Assembly: GCF_018350175.1 (NCBI RefSeq)
Contig: NC_058368.1
Coordinates: forward strand, 35,156,001 to 35,220,000
Source of the DNA: Felis catus
Taxonomy: Eukaryota
Reading direction: 5' to 3'
DNA length: 64,000 bases
Under the pieces are notes generated by a model. The model did not search any database. It had not been told where the DNA came from and saw only the letters and a program-made list of their open reading frames with translations. The translations under genes and the position numbers were made by a program. Shown here piece after piece: positions 24,903 to 35,973 of this stretch; positions within the stretch are counted from its first letter, which is position 1, and each line of letters starts with the position of its first letter.

Positions 24903-26415
24903 TGTGTAATCATGTTATTGAATGAACTGAACTCAATAGGGTAAGCTCACAAAGTCACTTGATTATTTTTTCCAACTGTGTCTTCCTATTCACTCTACAG
25001 TTCAATTCTATCCTTTCCCCTCAGTGAAATCTCAGCTAGGTTAAACAGCTTTCCAGCTACTTTGATTCACAAGAACACTTTGTTCTGGTAATAATAGCTC
25101 CAATTCAACGTAATAATCAAAAACTCAAGCTCTTATTTGGAGCTTTTTCTACCACCAACAAGATGGTACTACAAACCTTGAAACCTATGCGAGTGTGAAA
25201 TATGGCAGACATGATTGTTCTTCATTGTTCTTCATCGTCAGCTTCTCCTTCAACCCTGAAATTATTCTTGTCAACACTTTGAGAGTTAGATCCAAGGGAA
25301 GAATTAGGTGTTACTAAGTGGTGGTCTAAACTTTGGTTCCTCTGGCTTGAAAGAGGGCATTCAGAATGGAGTCTTTGTCTCCATGGGTTATTCCGCTCTT
25401 CTGCAGTGGCCTTGATGTAAAGAGCTCCCCTGTAAAGTCATTCCAATGGACCTCTTTTGGTATTTGGGCCTCAGGAGCAGGACAGTTCTGCTGGGTCACT
25501 TCCTCCTTCCCACCCAGGCCTCAGGCCATCTCAGTCTGCCCTTCCACAGGTCCACCTGGCTCAGGGAGAACTCTTGCATCCTCTTTCCACACCACTATTT
25601 TGGACTCAATTCCAAAGCACACCTGAATCTACCTCTCTCTCATTCTCTCTCCTGTGTTCCTTCACCTCCAGCACAGGTGTTTGTTCTCTCTGTCTCTCTC
25701 TCTCTCTCCATTCTCCCCTCCCTCCTCTTTCTTTCAAAACTCTACCATCTTAAGATGACTGACACAACTTCTCGTCTTAAGATTTCTCAGATATGTATAA
25801 AAACATTCCTTTGTATCCCTCAAACCCCAAATTATAAGTATTAAGCTCTTCAAAACATCCCCATGAAGCTCTTCACATTGGATTTAAGGTAAAGGGAAGC
25901 ACCTCAGAGAGAAGAGATGCTCCAAAGTTTGAAGCATGCATCCAAAAAAATCCTATGCATTAGCTCTGTTGCCCTCTTGACCAATCCCTAGTCCTGTTCT
26001 ACACATCCCTGAGAGAGGTCATAAATCTCACCAGGCAAGCTTCTTGACAACAGCTACCAATAAGTCTTTTTTTTTTAATGTTTATTCATCTTTGAGAGAG
26101 AGAGAACAGGAGAGGGGCAGAGAGAGAAGGAGACACAGCATCGAAAGCAGGCTCTAGGCTCTGAGCTGTCAGCACAGAGCCCAACGCGGGGCTCAGACCC
26201 ACAGATCGCGAGATCATGACCTGAGTCGAAGTCGGCCACTCAACCAACCGAGCCACCCAGGCGTCCCATAGCTACCAATAAGTCTTACAGGCACTTGGCA
26301 AACATTTTTCTCAGTCTTAGGACTTTATGCCAAAAGTGAGACAGAAAGGACTCCATTTTAATATCCCATTCACCTGCTTTAGTATATTCCTCATGAAACT
26401 CATCTCTCTGTAACT
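24903..26415. mobile_element. Possible ancient LTR-class remnant, family not identified
   Basis: GC-elevated, pyrimidine-skewed block with LTR-like composition; no diagnostic motif I can name. Confidence 0.3.
26069..26267 (-). mobile_element. Can-SINE (SINEC_Fc type)
   Basis: Perfect 17-bp TSD agctaccaataagtctt at 26052-26068 and 26270-26286; several CpGs retained. Confidence 0.96.
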
Positions 26416-28289
26416 TTTTCCCACCAACCAGCTGGGTCTCCTTCAAGCAGTGCTTTATAAAGTTCTCAACAAACTCCCAGTGTGTCCCGCTACCCAGAGA
26501 AGAGTTTTGCTACTTCTATTTGGTCTACAAACTTTTCAGGCTTGCCTCATCTTTAGCACTTAAAAATAGGATCTGTTCCCAAGTGGCTCTTGAATCATTA
26601 CCATTACTTTTTAATAACTAAGAGAGAACAATCTATTAACAATTAATTAGAGTAAATGAAAGGGGACTCTCCCTGCATAGATGAAAGCAAACTGTTCGCG
26701 TTTAGGGAAGACTTGCTGAAGCACTTCAAACTGTAAGATAGGCAATCAAAAACAGGTGGAAATATTTTCGTCAAACTGTGACCAGAAATGATTAAGAACT
26801 TCTCTCCAGATTAGTTCTTAATCTGGAGATTAATTTATTCAGTCCTGAATAAATTAATACATATGGGTATGTATGTGTGGATAGATGGATAGATACAAAT
26901 ATATATTCTTACTCATAGAAAGATCTATTGTAGCATATTTATAGATTAGAAAAGTAGTATAATAAATAATTTAGCCTGCTTTCTTATTTTAAAAGAACAC
27001 TGCCATTTTTTTCTAATGCCCCTAATTTTTTTCTAGATACCAATTATTAGCGTATTACACTTAATGGAAAATATAATATAAATGATATATATTTTGAATA
27101 CAGTCTATACAGAGAACATTTTGCTAATAAAGAATAATATGTTAAAGTGTTTGGAAACTGGAGAATTGAGAACAAATTTAATTAATAGATTTCAAATTAG
27201 ATAAAACAGTTTCTCAAGATTTTTAATTCAATCTGTAGCCTTCTTAATTACCTGATGGGAGGAGATTGACAGAATGGAAAAATTTACAGAGAGAGAAAAA
27301 GAGAAGGCTTCCTATGTGCTTGGTTCCAAAATAAAACCTAAACAGGCAAAAGTCTGAAGTGAGCTAGAAACAGATGAATTGTGATTCTTATTTTTGATGA
27401 GTCATAATGTTCAAGAGAGAAGGGGCTTCTGAATATAGAATGAGGTTGTTCTAATTTCTTGATATTATCCTAGAGGCCTTTTAATATATTACTTATATCT
27501 TTTTTTTCCACTTGAAGAAAGAAATGATCTGACCTCTAAGAGGCACATTTTCAATAAATTCCATAAAACAGCAGGAGAGAATGCAGATTGAAAATGCAGT
27601 TCCAGCATCTTGCACTTTAAAAAGCTTTTAAAGCCTGTCTCATGCATTTATCTTTTAACAAAGATGAATGCACAAGACACCTCGTATTCTACCCTGCTTG
27701 GTAAGCCAGTGATAATGTTAAATCAATGGCACAATGATCAAAAACGAGAATGGGATCAATATTCTGATCAATTGAATTGCTTTAGATATTAAAAAGTAAT
27801 TATTCCAGAACAAGTCTGCATTGGCAAAAATAAGAGTATGTCTGCCTTGTCTAATAACTTTCACTTTAAATATTGACAAACTCAGTTCACAAATAAAATA
27901 ACAAATTTGGGGGAATTGTATTGAGCACAAAGTTAGCAGAAAATGTGTCTGGTACAGATAAAAATACAATTATATCCTTTAACACATACCTCTGTAAGGG
28001 GAGATTTCCCCCCAAAAGAGAAGCGATTCTAATTTATTATTATATTTTGTAATAAAAAGCAGGCATTTGGATAGGGGAAAAAAAGAAGGTTGAGGTCCAA
28101 CCCTCAGCACCAGACATAAATCAGAACTGCTGGGCAGCCATCACAATGCATCGATTTATAACTGCAGGTGAGTGGCACAGTAGGTAGAATTAGAATTGGT
28201 CCCTGACCTTAAGGAACTTACATTCTGGTTAGAAAGCCAAACCTAAATATATGAAACAATGTGAGAAGACTTATGAGCAAAATAATGTA

Positions 28290-28950
28290 ATGAAAGCTAA
28301 CTTTTATTGGCAGGGTACAATGAGCCAGATACAGTTGTAAGCACTTTGTATATTGCAGTGAAATCTGTTGGTGTGCTGCCCGGAACTGCTTTAGTAGCTC
28401 TGGACGCCCAACGCCTAGCTTCCATATGTGTTGGCTGCAAACTGCTCAAAGCTGACCTAGTCTTCTAAACATTGCCCTCACAGAAAGGAGCCTAGGTGTG
28501 TAAGCACCTTCACCTCCCTGGAGCAAGTTGCAGGCAAAGACCGACAGGGATATACAAAAGGCCACCTCTCGCTCAAAGTAGAAGAAGATCTGTGGTGTAA
28601 TTTGCGGTTCACCACTCCCAGTGGGATCAGGTTGCTCCTGAGAGAACCCCACACCTGCCCTTTCCTCCTTCCCTCTTTACTTTCTTTGAGATCCCTCTCC
28701 CAATAGGCCTTTTCACAATAAGCTCTGCTTCTAGGGAATGAGACCTGAGACACATACGGGAACTCCTTAAAGGTTTGCAATATTTTATGCAGAAATTACT
28801 ATTATACCCATTTCACAAATGAGAAAACGGATGCTCAGATAGGTTAAGAGCATGAACAAGGTCACTCAGCTATAAATGGTAAATCTTGGCTTTGATCCCA
28901 GGCACTGCTAGTTTGCGAGAGCATGCTCTGAACCTCTACACTCCGCTGCT
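28290..28950 (-). mobile_element. MIR split by an LTR16 insertion
   Basis: agctaacttttattg...gagccagatacagttgtaagcacttt before the LTR; cccatttcacaaatgagaaaacggatgctcagataggttaag...aaggtcactcagcta after it. Confidence 0.8.
28354..28752 (+). mobile_element. ERVL solo LTR (LTR16A-like)
   Basis: TG...CA termini; starts tgcagtgaaatctgttggtgtgctgccc and ends ctctgcttctagggaatgagacctgagaca; decayed 5-bp TSD tatat/catac. Confidence 0.78.
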
Positions 28951-29019
28951 GTGAATGTTTGCTGAGTGAAGGCATCACTATAGATGGTGGAAAGAATGAG
29001 GGATTTAAAATAAGGAGAC

Positions 29020-29420
29020 TGATTTTAATGTGAGTTCTTTAACTTTCTAGCCTTGTGATTTTGAGTTACTTAATTTTACAGTACATATTTGTAAAATAAG
29101 AAGAGTAATATGAAGCTACTGGAAGGATGAGATCAAACATGTAAAGTACCTGGCCTATAGTTGGCCTTCAAGAATGTTAATAAAATTTTGAATTTGGTAA
29201 TACCAGCATTCCTTTGAGAGTATAGAGCACTTTACAACTTGTAAAATGTTTTGTTTAATCATCTCTTTAGCCTTCACAATAGCACTGTGATAAAAATATT
29301 ATTGGATATATTTTATTGATTGTTAAAAAAAATCAAAGTGGAGGAAACTCTAAAAGTTAGTGACAGAACCAGAAAGCAAATTTCACATATCTCCTGCAAT
29401 TACAGTATTTTTATCTTTAT
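29020..29420. mobile_element. Two MIR fragments (plus then minus)
   Basis: tgtgattttgagttacttaa...atttgtaaaataag...atgtaaagtacctggcc; then tatagagcactttacaacttgtaaaatgtttt...ccttcacaatagcactgtga. Confidence 0.55.
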
Positions 29421-30244
29421 ATCACAGCTACTTAAAATAATAAAGTATAATTTAAGGATACTCTAGTGGTAACTACCAAGTCTCCTGTCTCCCTGGCTTT
29501 TTGAAGAAAATACCAACGTTTTAAAACATGGCGAGTGCCATTCGTTCCGTGGGAATTCACAAAAGGGAGAAAATACCCATGTGACTTCACAGAGACCATC
29601 TAGGAGAGGAGACACTTCACAAAGAACAGGGTGTTTCCACTAAATTTTTACTTCTTTGAGAAGCAAATATTTGTTGCATTCCTTTTGTATTTCAAGCACT
29701 ATATATAACATGGAAAGACAATGATATGAGGTAAAGAAATAGCCAGTGAAAATAAAGAGTCAGAAAAGAAAGCACAACTTCAAGAAACACGAGTAACACA
29801 TTTCAGGAATCTGAAAAAGTATGGTGGAGCATGAGGCTTATAGATTTATTTGGGGCAGATATTTGGGGACAGGGCAAATCTGGGTTAGGATTTTTGAGGT
29901 TGGAGGTGAGATGTTGAGCACTGTGGGTAATCATGACAAGATTTGAGCTATACTTTAGGACCCATAGCAGGTAGCATAGATTTGAGAAAATAGATGATGG
30001 AAGGAAGGACACATATTGACACTCTAGTAATAAACAGTTCAGGTTAGAAACAAGAAAACTGAGAATGGGCTAATAGAATGAGGGATTAAAGGAGGGAGAT
30101 TTGAGTATTTTCAAAGGTCAAATTAACAGCATTTCTTGACTGGCCAACTGTATAGGAGAAAGTCACAGGTAACTTGTCAAATGTTTCATTTTCATAACAT
30201 ACTGGTAAAAAGGTCTCACCCCAAACCTCGTTGTTTCAAATTCC

Positions 30245-30425
30245 AGGTCTACCAGTTAACTGTCAGCTAAATAAACTTGGGCAAGTTCCTTTTCCTGCTT
30301 CTGTTAGTTCATCTGTGTCATGGGATGAATAATTATACCCATTCCCCAGGAGTGCTGTAATTGTGAAATGAATCCTAACAAATGCACCTGCTGTAGGGGG
30401 GTGCTCAGAAAACATTCTACTATTA
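30245..30425 (+). mobile_element. MIR
   Basis: aacttgggcaagttccttttcctgcttctgttagttcatctgt...gctgtaattgtgaaatga. Confidence 0.6.
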
Positions 30426-30945
30426 CAACACACTGACACACTGAAAAAAGCAGGAAGACATGATGCAACAAGAGGAAGTAAGATATTTGTATGCAAGGCT
30501 GATACCGTTAGAAGATTGGGTTTGTCTTCTTTTTGTTATCATTTCTTTGTTTCATTTTTATGATTGCTCAAAAGAAGAGATACTAATCTTTTTAAATCCC
30601 TTAGTAGGATGACATGTAAATGAATCACCATCAATAAGATCAACTAAATCACCCATTCATGCGCTAGTCCATCAGGCACATATACACACACCTCAGGAAC
30701 TCACATATTCAATTTTTGCCCCATGAACAGCCCTATTTTCTTTCCTATGGCAAAAACATTGTGAATTAACTAAAGTGGCTGAGAGATCGAAAAACAAGAA
30801 TGGGAAGTATGATATTTAATGTTACTACTGAAAAACTTTTAGAATCAGAGATAAAAAAAATCAAGTGAGTCAGAAATACCTCAATAACATACAATTTAAG
30901 TTAAAAACAAAAATTGCATTTTTTCTGACTAGCAATGTTCCTTTC

Positions 30946-31160
30946 TTTTAATTTTTTTTAATGTTTATTTATTTTTGAAAGCGAGCGAGCGAGTGAGCTA
31001 GCGGGGGAGGGGCAGAGAGAGAGGGAGACACAGAATCTGAAGCAGGCTCCAGCCTCTGAGCTGTCAGTGCAGAGCCCAATTTGGGGCTTGAACCCACAAA
31101 CTATGAGATCATGACCTGAGCTGAATTTGGGCTTAACCCACTGAGTCACCCAGGTGCCCC
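30946..31160 (-). mobile_element. Can-SINE (SINEC_Fc type)
   Basis: TSD aatgttcctttc at 30934-30945 and 31161-31172. Confidence 0.96.
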
Positions 31161-31363
31161 AATGTTCCTTTCGAATGATATAATGATATCAGAAAGTCAC
31201 AGGCCCTCTGTATTTGTGCTAGTCATCATTATCCATAGCTGAGTCTCAATAATACCTTAAAACGAAAGGTCATCTTTTCTGAAACTCCTGATTAAATAAT
31301 AAGCAATATGTCTCCATACACCCACCTTCATATTGGATGAGCTATTACTGATCCCTTATTTTC

Positions 31364-31688
31364 AATACACTTTGATTTTTAGAGCAGTTTCAGGTTCACA
31401 GCATAACTGAGTAGCAGAAGGTACAGAGATGTGCCCTCTGTACTCACACATGTATAAGCTCTCCCGTTGTCAACATCCCCCCCCCCCCCGCCCCGCAGAG
31501 TGGCACATTTGTAACAATGGACGAACCTACATTGACACATCTTTATCACCCAAAGTTCTTAGTTAACATGATAGTTCACTCTTGAAGGTGTACATTCTAT
31601 GGGTGTGAACAGATTTTTAATAACCTGAATCTACCATTACAGTATCACGCAGAGTAGTTGCATTGCCCTAAGAATTCTCTGTTCTACA
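31364..31688 (-). mobile_element. Heavily 5'-truncated L1MC1-like 3' end
   Basis: ttttagagcagtttcaggttcacagca...gaacctacattgacacatc...atcacccaaagt; decayed TSD gatcccttattttc (31350) / gatccttcattttc (31689). Confidence 0.85.
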
Positions 31689-32184
31689 GATCCTTCATTT
31701 TCCTATTTTTATTTTAGTCATGGTTACTACAGCTGTACCAAGGAAACTACTTCTTCCTGAATACATCAAAAAAAGTTTTAAAAATAATATACTTAAGTAA
31801 AGCTAGAGCATGATCAGGTAAAACCCATATCCTAAGTTGGATATGGGGAGGGTTGTATATGGTAAAAAATATATATATTCTGCATATTTTCTCCAATTTA
31901 ATACAAATTAACTAAATTTAGCAAAAATAGAATGAGTCCTATGTATGTACTTTTATAACAAAATCTTTTCATTTTGTTTTAGGTAGAAAAATTTTGCTTA
32001 GGCAGTAAACTCCAATCTTAATCAAAGCTTCACATTTCTACAAGACGCCAGAGAAATTTTCAATCAGATATTCAGCACTAACTAAAAGTGGAATCCATTA
32101 AAAGAAAGATTGATTACTCAAGTGAGACACTGGAAAAGAAAATACAATACTACAACATATGATTTGTGAAAACTTATTTGGTAC

Positions 32185-32282
32185 TTGCCAATAGCATCCC
32201 TACCTCCGAAGTTGTGACAAACAAAATGTCTCCAGACATTGCCAAATGTTCCCTGAGGGATAAATCGGTTTAGAACTACTGA
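32185..32282 (+). mobile_element. MER20 (hAT-Charlie) 3' half
   Basis: agttgtgacaaacaaaatgtctccagacattgccaaatgttccctg...tagaactactg. Confidence 0.85.
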
Positions 32283-32424
32283 AGATAGATAATACAAATA
32301 TCAGTTTTTCCAATCTGTCTCCTAGTTTTGGGATGGACAGATAACCCAAGTATACTCAGATAAAACAAAAATGCAATGAAAAAGTTCTAAAAATGATTAT
32401 CCTCCTCAAGGAAAGCCCCTTTCT

Positions 32425-32690
32425 TCTGGCTTGGAAAGCGGTCTTGCTTAGGGCTGAGGCAGCCATCTTTGGAGAGTGAGAGGGGAGTCGAAAGCATACC
32501 AGGCATGCTGATCCACAGCCCCAGCGTGATGAGGCTCTGGCTCAAAACCAGCATTTACCTATGTACAGACTTCTTGCCATGAGAAGAAAACAGTCCTCAA
32601 CCGTCTTAGATGTTAGAATAAACATTCCCATCACTCTGCACGGTTTAGTTAGGTGCTCTCTTTCTTGCAACTGAAGACATTTTAACTGTG
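32425..32690 (+). mobile_element. MaLR LTR fragment (MLT1H/I/J-like)
   Basis: gggctgaggcagccatcttt...acctatgtacagacttcttgccatgagaag...ttcttgcaactgaagacattttaactg. Confidence 0.6.
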
Positions 32691-32733
32691 TGACTGTACA
32701 CAAGCATCTTACTACCTTTAAAACTTCATTTTC

Positions 32734-32962
32734 GGGGCGCCTGGGTGGCGCAGTCGGTTAAGCGTCCGACTTCAGCCAGGTCACGATCTCGCGGTCCGTG
32801 AGTTCGAGCCCCGCATCAGGCTCTGGGCTGATGGCTCGGAGCCTGGAGCCTGTTTCCGATTCTGTGTCTCCCTCTCTCTCTGCCCCTCCCCCGTTCATGC
32901 TCTGTCTCTCTCTGTCCCAAAAATAAATAAAAAATGTTGAAAAAAAAATTAAAAAAAAAAAC
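32734..32962 (+). mobile_element. Young Felidae Can-SINE (SINEC_Fc2-like)
   Basis: Intact A and B boxes and many CpGs; perfect TSD aaacttcattttc at 32721-32733 and 32963-32975. Confidence 0.97.
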
Positions 32963-32985
32963 AAACTTCATTTTCATAACTTTTA

Positions 32986-33180
32986 TTTTTTAATATTTTA
33001 ATGTTTATTTTTGCGAGAGAAAGACAGCATGAATGGGGGAGGGGCAGAGAGAGAAGGGGACAGAGGATCTGAAGCAGCCCCTGAGCTGACAGCCAGATGC
33101 GGGGCTCAAACTCACAAACCATGAGATCATGACCTGAGCCAAAATCGGACACTTAACCAACTGAGCCACCCAGGGGCCCC
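32986..33180 (-). mobile_element. Can-SINE, tail-to-tail with the preceding copy
   Basis: TSD ttttcataactttta at 32971-32985 and 33183-33197. Confidence 0.96.
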
Positions 33181-33197
33181 TGTTTTCATAACTTTTA

Positions 33198-33312
33198 AAT
33201 GTGGATAATATTGGTGATTTACAGGAATTGTTGAGAGAATTAAAAAAGATAATGTGCATGAAACAGGTATATCTGGTACATAGTAGGTGTTCAGTAAATG
33301 GTAATTATTGGT
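33198..33312 (+). mobile_element. MIR 3' part
   Basis: ggaattgttgagagaattaaaaaagataatgtgcatgaaac...tctggtacatagtaggtgttcagtaaatggtaattatt. Confidence 0.8.
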
Positions 33313-33439
33313 GTCATTTGACATGGCATCAATTAATAAATAACAGATACCCTTTTAATTCATCCTCATTTCTCTCTAGAATAATTTTCCAGAATGGAGC
33401 TCCTAGGACACTCTAGACTGAACAAATCCTGAAATGACA

Positions 33440-33592
33440 GTTCTAAGAGTCCAAAGATAGTCTCTAAAGGATTTATGGGCTTCCTAAAATTGTTGTTCAA
33501 AATGTAAATTGTCTACATACATGAACATGAAAGAGTCCATTGCTTTCATCAGTTTTTCAAGGGCCTCAAAAAAAGGGGACTCAAGAACGGAC
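33440..33592. mobile_element. hAT-Charlie MITE fragment
   Basis: gagtccattgctttcatcagtttttcaagggcc...aagaac resembles a Charlie-family MITE end. Confidence 0.5.
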
Positions 33593-35740
33593 TCAATGAA
33601 GCTTCTTGGCTTGGTGCAATTACTGTAGGCAGTTGATTTAGATAATCTGCTTTTGAGGAAAAATAACATTTGAAAAAGTTTAGTATGAAAAGAGAATATA
33701 CTTATTATGAACTTACAACCTGGGTGGCCTGATGGAAAGAAGGCAGCTTGTCCAAACATAAGAATGATATTACCTTCAAAATATATAGAAAACCTTTCTT
33801 CAAGAACTTCTCTTCAAATACTGAGTGCCAAAGAAAAGTTTCTTTTTTTAATGAATCTTGATTCCCAATTAAAAGGAAAAACTGAAAGGTGAATGTAAGA
33901 TTTTTCTCCTCCCCAAAGAGTATATTTGAGCCTCTCTAGAAAACACGATACACACAATTATGTTGAGAATATTTGATTCCATAAAATAAGAAAAATCTAA
34001 TTGGGGCTGAATTTGCCAAAAAGAGTAATGCTTTCCTGCCTAATTCATGTATCTTTCTGCTCTGTTAGAGTTCTAAGGATTTAAAATAACTGATCATAAG
34101 CTTGAGGTATTCTTCAAAAATATTATGAATAATTTTAAAATAAATTTTCCTTTGAAGAACAAATCACTCTTCCTTTTATAAATCTTTCTTTGGGAAAAAT
34201 ATACTTTTCTTCAGAAGAAACTGTGAAAAGAAATGATCACAATTAGAGAAAGAGAAGATTCTCTCTATGGGACAGGACAACGAAGAGAAAAGCCACTGTT
34301 CGATTGTGGAAAATGAATCCAATCTTGTGGAGCACCTGGAATTAGCTGCCTCTTGCAGCAAATGATACCTTGATAGGGTTAATTTACCTTACAGGGGTAA
34401 GAAAGTTACTTCCAGAAAATACTTTATTCACCAATGCTAAAATAAAAGAACATGATTTATGCATGAAACTAAATATATCCAGTGATATATTATTACAAAG
34501 TACCAATTTGAAAAACCTAAGTAGAAAATCAGAAATTTTCATGTTATTTCTCAGAATTTGATCCAGTTATCTGGCATATACCTTTGCTATACACTGCATT
34601 GCCTTAAACAATGAAACAGCCTGTTCCCTGCACCATTTCCCTGAATGAGACTTGTAAAAATCCCAATAATATCACTGAAGGTCATTGTCAAGTATCAGAG
34701 ATTCTAAGTTTTTTTAGATCTGCAAGCAGAGATACCTCAGGAATATTAACCAACTCAGCCCTTCAACAACAATTATCCTTATTAAATAAAATCTGTATCA
34801 GCTGAATCTTAGCACAAAAGAAATTAGAACTGCTATGGCAAATCTGCAGTGTAAATCCATGGCAGTAACTGATTTCCGCAAGAGAATATTAATCAAGAAA
34901 AGTTTTAACTTTATCAACTGCACTAATGAAAAGACATTTTCTGTTACATATCACACAAAGCCTGATGGGGTGAAGGAGTGCAAGCCTTAAGCCTCTAGAT
35001 TTTAGCTGATGTATTACTTCTCCAAGTTCACGATGCTTTTGAAGTGCTTCAGATCTTAAATCAAGGAACTTGCACTACAAAGAAGAGAGCCGCAGTGAAA
35101 TTAACTTCTTCCTATCCTCGTATATGGCATTATTTTTCTTGTCTTAGCACCTTAACATGAAAGATGTAGAATACTGAGAGAGGCAGACATTTGTATAAAG
35201 ACCTGAATGGCTAATTTAGTGAGCAAATAAATTGAGACACAAATCTTCCTGCCCCCTTAACCCATCATCAGCAATTCCAATCAAGCTAGTTTGTTCCTAA
35301 GCTGGAATCTCATTGCAGTTGCAACTTTTTTCTTGTACTTATATTATTTCCCTTAATGCAGATACCCAAAAGACAGCAAAACAAACGTATTGTCAAAATG
35401 CAGTTTTGAAATAAATCAAAAGTGTGTTACTCTGAATCTCAGTAAGCGCCAGGCCCTTCATGTGTCAAGTGGAAATCCTAATACTCTCCACCTAGTAGGC
35501 TTAGTGTGTTTATTAAATAAGAGAATGTATATAAATCAATCCACATACAGTGCCTGATATTAAAAAAATGTGCAATACACATTAGTTTATTTTCTTGCAC
35601 AGAATTTTTGAGCAGAAACATGATTATTTTGACAATCGCCCACTGTGATCATAGTATTCACATACATGCAGTGAAAAATAAATGAATGGGAAGAGGAAAT
35701 AAGTTGTAGCTATGTGTGTTTATTAAAATAAATTTTGTCT

Positions 35741-35973
35741 GGGGCGCCTGGGTGGCGCAGTCGGTTAAGCGTCCGACTTCAGCCAGGCCACGATCTCGCG
35801 GTCCGTGAGTTCGAGCCCCGCGTCAGGCTCTGGGCTGATGGCTCAGAGCCTGGAGCCTGTTTCCGATTCTGTGTCTCCCTCTCTCTCTGCCCCTCCCCCG
35901 TTCATGCTCTGTCTCTCTCTGTCCCAAAAATAAATAAACGTTGAAAAAAAAATTTAAAAATAAATAAATAAAT
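35741..35973 (+). mobile_element. Young Felidae Can-SINE (SINEC_Fc2-like)
   Basis: Near-consensus and CpG-rich, (AAAT)n tail; perfect TSD aaataaattttgtct at 35726-35740 and 35974-35988. Confidence 0.97.

Noticed and set aside
21361..25236. Short perfect tandem duplications (attctatgg x2 at about 21362, atagttctaaatt x2 at about 22516, attgttcttc x2 at about 25214)
   Set aside because: Ordinary slippage-type microduplications.
25366..25844. Three overlapping ORFs in a GC-elevated block
   Set aside because: Stop-poor because of pyrimidine-rich, low-complexity composition; probably an LTR remnant.
31824..31847. Hairpin cccatatcc-taagtt-ggatatggg
   Set aside because: An isolated 9-bp stem is within chance expectation for 64 kb.
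32758..33259. Several 60-85 aa ORFs (similar ones at 35735, 46132, 51242, 59946)
   Set aside because: Translations of Can-SINE sequence.
34215..34400. Exon-like purine-rich segment with acceptor ttttcttcag and ORF MGQDNEEK...
   Set aside because: All three frames after the acceptor hit stops quickly; the 32-aa ORF has no recognisable homology.
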